Origin: Bipalium vagum | Taxonomy: Eukaryota | NCBI GenBank assembly: GCA_037834085.1 | Contig: JBBMKC010226106.1 | Span: 1-33,486 of the forward strand | Direction of reading: 5' to 3' | DNA length: 33,486 nt | Shown: positions 23,861 through 33,486 of the stretch, in pieces | Position numbering within the stretch: position 1 is the first letter of the stretch | How the letters are laid out: every line of letters starts with the position of its first letter | Position numbers and translations under genes: made by a program | The notes under the pieces: model-generated | What the model was told of the DNA's origin: nothing | What the model saw: the letters and a program-made list of their open reading frames with translations, nothing else | Databases searched by the model: none

Positions 23861-24529
23861 TTTTATGATCTTATCAATTTAAAATGAGTTATATTCATTA
23901 CATTTCATATATGAAGGAATATAAATTAAATGATAAAGACAGACCTTTAAGTTAGAAATTAACGTTTAAGACCTGTTTTAAACTAGCACCTTAAACTATA
24001 TTGAAAGACTAAGCTGAAGAATAAACTGAAAGAATGAAAAAGTGAGAATATTTTAAATAATTTTCTTAAGATTTAAAAATAATGGTAATTCTTCGCAGAG
24101 AAATTTTTCTAATAAATTTTTCTTTCCGCTGATTTTTTAAGATGATGGATTATATCAATATCCAATATACTTTGCAAAGTAGGCCGTTATTTTCTCTAAA
24201 ATTGTTAACTTGTTGACAGCAGATCTTTAAATAATCAATTTCTCTTAGTTTTCAAAATTTTGTGTTATATTTTTAATAATACAAAAATTCCGTCATTTTG
24301 CTGAAATTATTACATATAATAAATATTTGATTAAGAAAATATATCCTTAAATTTATTGGAATTGCAAAATTAATATTTTTCTCTTTTAATTAAATAAAAT
24401 TGATTTTTAAACTTTTTATGCACATAATTAAAGTAATAATTATCATTTTTTAATTAAATTTTTTATCTTGAAAACTTATAAATAATTAATAAATAAAGAA
24501 ATAGATTATGTTATTAAAATAATAATATT

Positions 24530-25812
24530 CAGTTGCATCTGTTATAATTTGTTACACTGATTTGTTCAGTAGAAAAAATTTAAATATAATTTTAGAGTTA
24601 TAGTTTCAGGTATATTCATATATACAAAGAACATGAAAAACAGTAACAAAATATGGTTAATATTTGGTATATACTGCAACTGCATCAATTATTGTGGAAA
24701 CCATTTGCTCCATAGAATCCATGAGTGTGTAGTGGAAACTCTCTTCTCCCATGATAGTGCTCCACAGCTCTTGGTAGATATTGAACAATTCGTCACAGGT
24801 GGTACGCCTTATGGCCATAAGATGAAGTTGGTGTTTCATGCGTTCCCATATATTTTCCATGAAGTTAGAATTGGGAGTGATTGCTACCCACGACAGAAGA
24901 GATATGGCCTTATCATCAAACTAATCTCTGATCATTTTGAAAGTATGGATTGATGCATTCTCTTGTTGGTAGAATTCGATGTTGTTCATTTGATAAAAAG
25001 GAAGGACATACTGTTCTAATAGCTCAACATAATCTTAAGAATTTAAAAAATGTTGAACTCTAACCAAATCACTGTAATCATCTATACAGAACAGTCCCCG
25101 TACCATGCAGTGCGGTGAACGTTTGTTATGAAGAGGGATAACAAACCGTTCCTGCAGTCTAGTGCCTATCCTACGTCGTTTGAACTGTTTTGTACTATTC
25201 ATCTGAAACTTTGATTAATCACTGATGCTGCTGTGAAGACAACAAACGTGCTGCTTTGTAAGATGCAGAAAGGAAGGATGTAACTGCTGGAATAAAAGGA
25301 AGAATACCATTATCCCTCAAGCTACTATTCATCGTGTCATATGATACGCGTTGGACTACACATAAGTCTGACGCTATTTGCTGAGTTCCTTTAAATGGAT
25401 TTTGTTCCGCATGTCTCACGAAAGGCCTGTTAAACCTATCTGTTGCTATTCAATTTCCCTTAAAATTGGCACGTTTTCCTTCATTTGGCAGAGGTTTACT
25501 GACGCTTCGTTGGCAATATTTCCTGATAGCAGACAAGGTTAAATTACGAGTTTTGGATATCTTTTGATATGACCATTCAGCATGTTTGCATAATTTGTAA
25601 ATTTGCTCTTTATCAAAAGCATAAATTAATGAATATACTGGAAATTAATCTAAACTATTAATCACTAATAATAAACAAATAATTACCTGTTTTAACAAAA
25701 TGAATTTAAAAAATTTAAATAAGCACAGACATTTATAAACAATCTAATATATAAACAAAAGTATTGAAATTTTTACTGGACAATTCAGGTAGCATATGCA
25801 GGTTTTATATAT
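24530..25812 (-). mobile_element. Near full-length decayed Tc1 (DD34E) element, ~1.3 kb
   Basis: Inverted ends (TGTTACACTGATTTGTTCAGTA versus the reverse complement TGCTACCTGAATTGTCCAGTA); ORF 25219-25419 resembles the Tc3 HTH; VSDE (~25200), FYQQENASIHT, WVAITPNSNFMENIWERMK (ORF 24657-24860). Confidence 0.9.
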
Positions 25813-26609
25813 ACTCTCTTGAAATTTATAAATTATATATATAATTTTTTATATTATTGTATATATTATATTATTTTAAATAATAAACGAAATTACTTAT
25901 GAATTACCTAATAATAATATTAATAAAAAATAACTAATAACTAACTAAAATAAAAAAAAATAAAATAATTATTAATAACAATAAGAATGATATAATAATA
26001 ACAATAACACTAATTATAATACGTACCTGTAGCATTTAATCTATAACTTGGTGGGTCTTTTAGTGGACTATGTATTCTTCTACTCGTCTTCTACTATAAA
26101 AATTTTTTACTGAATTCAGTAGGTTGCAAAAATACATTGCCGATGAACTACACACTGGTTGTCCAAAAACTTTTATGATTGCAGAAAATATCAATTATAT
26201 TCATATCTTAATAGATTACAAACGACTGAGTTTGTGTGAGATTTAACTTTTTTTTTTTTTATAAAACATTTAATTTGTTATTTATTCTTAAATTTTATTT
26301 CAAAGTTCAAAATATGATGATCCTGGTATTACTATTTTCTGTACTCAATAATTTTAAATGAATATCGAAATCAAGAAGATTAATTTTAAAAAATAACTTC
26401 CTTTTAAAAAATATAATTATTGATTAAAAAAAGCTTTCCGTTGTTTTTGAGCTTGGCTTTTCCATTCTATAATAAGCAGTAATTATTCTGATACGCTTTA
26501 TTATGTAGCTTAGTTCTTTTATATTATATATTATTTTCTAAAAAAAAAAATTCTGAAAATATTTTAGGAATTTTTAAAGATATTGAACACATTTGATTAC
26601 CTGTCGAAT

Positions 26610-26990
26610 AATAAACGTACAATGTTTTCGAACTATTTTTTAATCTTAAATAATTATTGTCATGATTTTTAAAATCTTTAGTGTGATGAAAAAAAGTTTA
26701 AGACTACGAAATTAAAATAGTTAAATCTTATTGTATTTCAGTCCATATTTGAATTGAAGTTCGAATTGCTTGGCCATCCATCCTACTCATCAGATAGGTT
26801 CGTGACAATCAAGAAGCAATTGATGCTTTAAATAGTAATTTTGCAAGCCTTGATGAAATTCATTACAACCAAGATATTAAATTGCTGGACAAACATTGGA
26901 CTACATGTGTTGAGCTGAAAATAGGTTATATTGAAAAATAATGTGATTTTGAACAATTATTTCTTCCTTTCATTTCCATAAATTTACAAA
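26610..26990 (+). mobile_element. mariner 3' fragment, irritans (Himar1-like)
   Basis: ELKFELLGHPSYSSD fused by deletion to RFRDNQEAIDALNSNFASLDEIHYNQDIKLLDKHWTTCVELKIGYIEK*. Confidence 0.85.
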
Positions 26991-27599
26991 AAAATCTAAC
27001 TTATTCTCATGATTAATTTAATACTTTAAAAAAATTGCATAAATGTAAAAATTATTAAAAATTTTTGAGTATCAAAAAACATTTTAAAAAAATTGTGTTT
27101 TAATTGATTTATAATATTAATCAAATTGTTTACATTTCATAATTCCTATCATATGGACATCGGTAATCCTTTGATACATTTAATACAATGAATATGAAAG
27201 GCACAAAAAATATAATAGACAAAATTGATGCTATTATATTCTTTTATTATAACTATGATTACCTTATGCTATATGATTTATATACCATATACTTATAATA
27301 AGTCTTTTTAATATTACTGTTTTGTTTTTTAAATGATTTTTATTATTCGAAATGATGAAAGAAACACAAAATGAACAAACAATTTTTTATTAAATTATGA
27401 ATTAAAAAATGCTTGCAGTTAATTATTTTCAATTACACTGTATACCATCTATTTTATAAAGTATATATTTTAATCTTGTGAACATAATCAATTTATTTAT
27501 TGGTTAAACGATTTTTATCAATTTACAATAAATATTGTTGAACAATTTATTATTTTGAAAAATTTTTTGAACTTTTTATTATTTTGTCTTCAGTCATTA

Positions 27600-28030
27600 A
27601 TATTTGATATTAAACCTTTTAATTCATAAATTATGCTTCATCAAATTGTAAAATCCAATTCTGGTTTTTAAATACTTTATAGATAACAAACGCTGTTTCC
27701 GAATCTTGTACAGCTTTAACTGTAGATTTCTTTTCATTATGGTTTGAGGTGATCAAATTGATATTCCAATTTTGGTAGACAATTTTCTTTCGGTCACTTT
27801 TTTTCTTTTGACTAATCGTTTTACAGTTTGTATCAGTCTAATTGTTTTGACCTCTTTTTTATTCTTGGAGACTTCTTCAGTTCAATAGAACCATTTTCCA
27901 TGATCATTTTTCGCCATCGTTTGATGAGTGGAATTGAAAGGACTCTTTCCAATGCTTGGTAAATTTGTAAGAGTACATTTTCATTTTGCTGATTGGAAAA
28001 AACAATATTTTGTATTTCCAAAAATTTCAT
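27600..28030 (-). mobile_element. Internally deleted Tc1/mariner-superfamily element (maT/DD37D-like)
   Basis: ORF 27833-28030 MKFLEIQNIVFS...QIYQAL...LSIPLIKRWRKMIMENGSIELKKSP is an N-terminal paired-like HTH; LKAV.KI....V..S...TR.I Y.L C-terminal relic at ~27620-27770; catalytic core absent. Confidence 0.65.
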
Positions 28031-31000
28031 CTCTAAAATCCAATAAAATTTAAATTTACAAATAATCTTTTGTACTATATGTACATCTCCTATGTGACAA
28101 GCCTTTCATTTAAGCCTCTTTAAATTTTGATAAAATATAATTACTTGTGTTTTTTATTTTTGAAAATTAAATTTCTTGATATCTGACTAAATTGCAGGTT
28201 GAAAGGTAGTGTCAGATCACTTTTTGGTATCTTTTTTGCAGTAACTATTAGATAGTGTATACGTATTACGTATATATGTTTGATATTAAATAAAATATGC
28301 TAAATATTAAATCCATACTTAAAGAAAGTGTCTCATGCATTCTGAAATAGTCTGTTTCATTTCGCATCCTTAGAATAACAGAAGTCTTTTATTGGGAATT
28401 ATTTTCCCTAAGTCCTTGTGACTCTATTAATATGGTTGAAAGTAAAAATCAGAAATAAATTTTATTTCTCTAAAAATAATATTTTCGTACATTTGTTTAT
28501 CTATAATCTGTAAAATTTCAGGAAAAGAGAATCTAAATTGTAAATTGGCAAATAATTTATTCATATTAATAATTAAGATGTAATCGTAAAATAATTATTG
28601 TTATTATCTAACTGAGCATTTTCAATATTTCTTTAAAGATTATTTAATGATACATTTAAACAAATATTCTAATATTTCCTATTTTATAAAATAATACAAA
28701 TTAACAAATAAATTCATCTGTTTGCCATTAATATTTTTTCCTTCTCTTTACCTTTTTTAAGAAATCGATTTATGTACACTTCACCGTTTGAATAAATAAA
28801 TAATTAAATGTTTTGCTTTTTATAAAATATTTTATTAATAAAAAATAGAGAAATTTAATAAGATTTTTCTGTGAACATTTATACATCCATATTAAATTTC
28901 GGAAGTGAATAAAATCGTTCAGGCTCATAATTTGTATAAACGCACAAAAACAATTTTCATTAAAATAGATAATACACATAGTAATACACAATCTTCAGTA
29001 TAAATAAATAAATAAATAAAGCTATATGATCCTAAGCGCGGTTATTTAAAACGTTATCGTTGGTGATGGAAAATTATGATTATTCTCTCCACTGAGTTAT
29101 AGTAAATATTTACTTAGCAATGTTTAATTAACCAAATTAACAATTGATAAAATCTACTTCAATAAATTTCACATTTTAGCTGAAGACGATTCTCATATAA
29201 ATAAAAACGTAAATGAAATTATTATATAAATTAAAGAGAAAGTTAACATTCACATAATGGTCTCGTTCTAGGAAAGAATGGTTTTGTACTTGAAAGATCT
29301 ATCGGTGCATTATATCTTTAGACTTATAAATGAGGGTTACATTTAATATTAATTATTAATATAAGAAATCATTTAACTGATGCCTTTTTTTTAATATAAT
29401 GATTAATTAATATTCAATAATGTGTTTTCAAAGTACATAAAATAAAGGGTTAGGAGAAATGTTCATAACAAATGTTATTATACTAATTATTAAAATTATT
29501 AGTTTTTAAAAAATACTTTAAAAACCAGGAAAAACCCCTTAAAAACCTTTAAATCAGTTTGAAGACTTTCATATTTTGTCATACTTTCAATAAACTCAAA
29601 AAGTGCACATAATTATTGTGTTGACTGTTAATAAAATAGTAAAAGGTACGCTTAATTTAATAAATAAAGATTTGTGAAGTTAAAGGCTTTATGGAGAAAT
29701 GTATATTAGAAATGCTTTAATGAGTGGATTCAGTCATAATATTAAATAAAATCTGCTCTGAAAACTATCAGAAAAATTAAATCATTTATGTTATATTTTG
29801 GTTTCCAGTGTAAATATTTACAGTAAATATTATAGCATAAAATGGCAACAATCTAAAAACTAAAATGAATAGAGCTAATGATCAATATAGAGCGAAAAAT
29901 AAAGAAATGAAATGATAAATAAGAAAGAAGTCATGATTGTCATTTCATTATATATTATTATTATTATTTTAATATATAAAAATTAATATTCATTATCCAA
30001 TTATGTAAAACACAGAACGAAATAAAATGTTAAAATAATTAATTATAAATGTAAAAAATATAACTTTTTATTTTATATCTTGATGAAAATTGTTTCAAAA
30101 AAAATGTTAAGTGAAAAACCCAACTCAAAGTATATCGTAAAATCTAGAATTCATTTAAACAAAAAATTCTTCCAATTTGATAATCTTTTTAAAATATTTT
30201 TTTTGTAAACATATTACAAAACCATTGTTTTTGTGAACAATCAAAACAGTTTAGCTTTAATTATTCAGAAATCCCTTTCAGAAAATTCTGTAAAACATTT
30301 CAACTTACAACAATAAATATTTATTGGAAATAATTCATATTTCGATTATTTGCAAATGACATTGATTGCAAAATACCAAAAGGTTGATTAAAACAAATAA
30401 TTTTCATTAACCAAATCAGAAAATAGTTTTGTACAGACTTTTTCCTGGAAAATTTCAACTGTAATAAAGATTATTCAGTCAAAAAAATAAATAAAGAAAT
30501 AAATATTAAAAATTGTCTCTCTTTTTACTGAAACATTTTTAAACTTTTTCTGTTTTATAAAGAAACGTAATTGAATAAATGAAAAGATTAATAAAGAAAG
30601 CAATTAATATAATCTTACCAATAACATTTATTTATATTTTTTATAATAAAAATTGAATATTTTAATATTTTCAATTTTTCAACTCAAAAATAAGGGAATG
30701 TTGGAGATTAAGAAAAATAAATCGATTTTGTTTAAATCCTCTTTAAAAAAATTTTCTCAAAAATTGAAAACATGGTAAAAAATGTAAAACTATTATTTAT
30801 TGTTTCTCATATTTTATCATTCGATATGATTTATGTAACAAATTAAAACTCACTTTTACTCTTTTATTTAGTCCGGGAAACAGAAAGTTCAATATTCGAC
30901 ATGAGCAAATATTTATTTTAAATATTCTGATAAAAATGAAATGGTATCTGACTCCCGATTGGTTGGCAAATTCTAATTGAATATTTTTAAAAAATTCCCT

Positions 31001-31279
31001 CTTTTCCTTCACTAATATCATGAGGAACGGAATGCTGGGAAAGTCAGTTCTTCAACCACTGACCCACTGACTTAAGCTAATGAAAAGGTATCTTAGTAAA
31101 AGAAATCTTAAACTTTTTGACTTTAAATTAATAAAATAAGCTTTTGTCATCAATAATTAAATGATTTTACATTTGAACAAAGTTCCTGTTATTATCATAT
31201 ACAATCATATATAATTGTTAAGTTTGTTTTAAGAAGCTGAATTATCATTACGTTACCTCGTACGTTTTCAAAATTATAA

Positions 31280-31990
31280 TTATTGGGTGTATTTCGCTAA
31301 TTTTTCATTTTAATTTAATTTGCAGTGAAAATTTATTATAATATAAGTTCATGCTGTTTTTCTATGATACCATGGCCGAGGATATTCAAACTTTATGAAG
31401 TACTACACAAAGCAGAGGTAGTTAAAAAAATCTTAAGGTATGCCTTGTTTAAATTATTCAACCAACATAATATGAATACATTTTAGCATTCATTAAAAAA
31501 TTTGAAGTTCCACTTTAATGAGCTGAAAATAAATAAAACAGAGATTTCAATGGAAAATTATTTATCGAAAATCGAAAGTGAAATAAAAATTTTTATATAT
31601 AGTACAATTGATTATGAGTAAGCTGAACTAATTTCCCTTCACTATTTGTTGATAATCTTCCCAGAATATTGGGATAGATGAATCGAATTCATTTCTGATT
31701 TTGAAGAAAATCAATTATCTTGAACAAATCTCTGTATTTAATCAAATGAGACAATTATCATAAAAATAATTAACTGAAAACTGAATATTTGTTCGAAAAA
31801 AATGGTAGGACAATGGTGCAGAAATATTTTCATTGATTTCTCAATATTATAATTTCTTTTGGTTAGGTGAAGCTTTTTGAGGGTTGGTCAATCTATTTTC
31901 AGTAAAAATGTCGATCTATTTTGATGAAGTTCTTTGAAGACAGAAATGAATTATTACTTCAAAAAAAATCTCAGCGCCTTCCCAAAATCT
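31280..31990 (-). mobile_element. Possible very old mariner relic
   Basis: TIR-like TATTGGGTG at 31281; GIIEKQHEL resembling KVIEQNGEY; weak N-terminal similarity near 31850-31990. Confidence 0.3.
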
Positions 31991-33486
31991 TAGAATAAAC
32001 GGAAAATTTTTAATTAATAATTAATGCTCGTGTCTATAAGATATTTTATATATAATTAATCATTTTTAAGATATTGCAGAATTTATTAATTAATTATAGT
32101 AATTAATAAAAAAATATAATTAAAATAATTAATTGGATATATAATGATTTAAAAATAGTCCAATTATCTATAAAATAAGTTACGAGTTGAAAGCAAAATT
32201 TCATAGTATATATTTATTTATCTAAGCAAATTTAATGGAATATAAAATATTATTAAGGTGAATTTGTAAAGAAAATATTATTTGGTATTTTTTCTAAAAT
32301 TTTTTACAAAAATATATTTTAAACATTTATCTAAGAATTTTATGTTTACATTTTAAAGTTTTACTAAAAATAATGTCTTTGTTGCATATGAGATGTGTCG
32401 GCTGTATCCAAAGCGCAGAAAAAATTTGTCTGTAAATTTTGTATGAAAATATATTTTATTTACATCTATATATTTTAAAAAGTTACATAAATCAAAAGAA
32501 AAGGATTATTGGTTTTCGAACAAAGATAATGGTTTCCATTTTCAAAAGTCGAATAATCTACTTGAAATTGAAATACAATTAAACGAAGAATGTTCCCGTT
32601 TTACTACCGAAGAGCTGGAAATATTGTCTCTCCCATGAAGAATTAATGTTAATGTTATCCCGATAGAGTTAATGTTATTTGTTAAAGAAAATCATTTCGA
32701 GAACATAATATAGGGAAAATAGTATATTCCACTTAATGTATATGTTATTTGTCAATAATAAGATAAGGTCTCTGTCCATTTTATTCCTCATTTACTCTTC
32801 TTCTTGGTCTTAATTCAACCAGTGTGTATATATTATTAAATGAATATTAAATGAAAAAGTAAATTAAAAATTAAATATTTCATTAAACAATATAAGTTCA
32901 TAAGGGTTATTATACATCAGCCACAAACCTTTCCATTTCAAACTTTTCCACATTTCATTTCATAAATCTTAAAACTTAAGAAAAAACGAATTCTGACAAT
33001 CCCATGGTAATCCTAAAGGTCTATTTAGATTGTCTCGAAAATACTACATAAATATTGAAAAATTTCGCAATTAATTTCCTAAAGTTACTGAACAATATAC
33101 CTAGCTTTCTCTTACAATAAGATAAGTCCTTTTATCTTGTACAGTACTGAACATTAGATACTTTGCATTATTATTTTTGAAATATTAACAGAAGTATTTG
33201 ATTTATTGATTTCAGTAATTTTCCAGAAAGTCTATTGTGAATATTTAAACTGATTTCTAATTTTAATATTTTTAAATTATGCATAATTCAAATTTTTAAT
33301 TAATTTAATTTTAATTTTAATATTTATTTAAAAATAATGTTTATTTTAATTTTTAATAGCACAATATAATAATTTATTAAGAATGGAAAATTTGTTTAAG
33401 TATTATTTTTTTAAAAGTGTTGGGTTTACCAAGACACCCCCCGGGGAAAAATAAATAATAAAAACTATAAATAATGTATAAATAAT

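Noticed and set aside
29178-29215. CTGAAGA...AAACGT as a Penelope-type minimal hammerhead
   Set aside because: Stem II and the GAAA core are not intact.
3015-31021. Short I/F/Y/K/N-rich ORFs (e.g. 3015, 5482, 9602, 10207, 18488, 19363, 20643, 22963, 23369, 24633, 28770, 30797)
   Set aside because: Composition is that of AT-rich noise, or they are antisense or off-frame to transposase relics; several need non-ATG starts.
3-32000. Unistrand (flamenco-like) piRNA cluster
   Set aside because: TE relics are split roughly evenly between strands; sequence alone gives no support.
1-33486. CRISPR array, tRNA/rRNA, SL RNA gene, telomeric array, prokaryotic operon
   Set aside because: No repeat-spacer pattern, cloverleaf, recognisable SL/Sm motif or (TTAGGG)n run was seen; the architecture is eukaryotic.

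Overview
Very AT-rich eukaryotic genomic DNA. The composition, (ATT)n microsatellites and mariner load suggest an invertebrate such as a planarian flatworm, but that is inference. There is one convincing host gene: a class A (rhodopsin-like) GPCR with an uninterrupted 390-aa ORF on the minus strand (822-1994). It has almost no N-terminus and several non-canonical TM motifs. The remaining ~31 kb upstream is a graveyard of decayed DNA transposons: several mariner subfamilies, Tc1, a rosa/DD41D-like element, a maT-like element, pogo/Tigger, a piggyBac-type MITE and a young 129-bp TA-MITE, some nested in one another. A 110-bp mariner-derived tandem repeat spans a 100-N assembly gap. Most short ORFs in the track are transposase relics or AT-rich noise. 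I found no support for a novel multi-gene system; the best leads are the atypical orphan GPCR, its possible distant 5' exon and the nested TE structures. Family assignments come from recalled protein motifs read by eye, not database searches.
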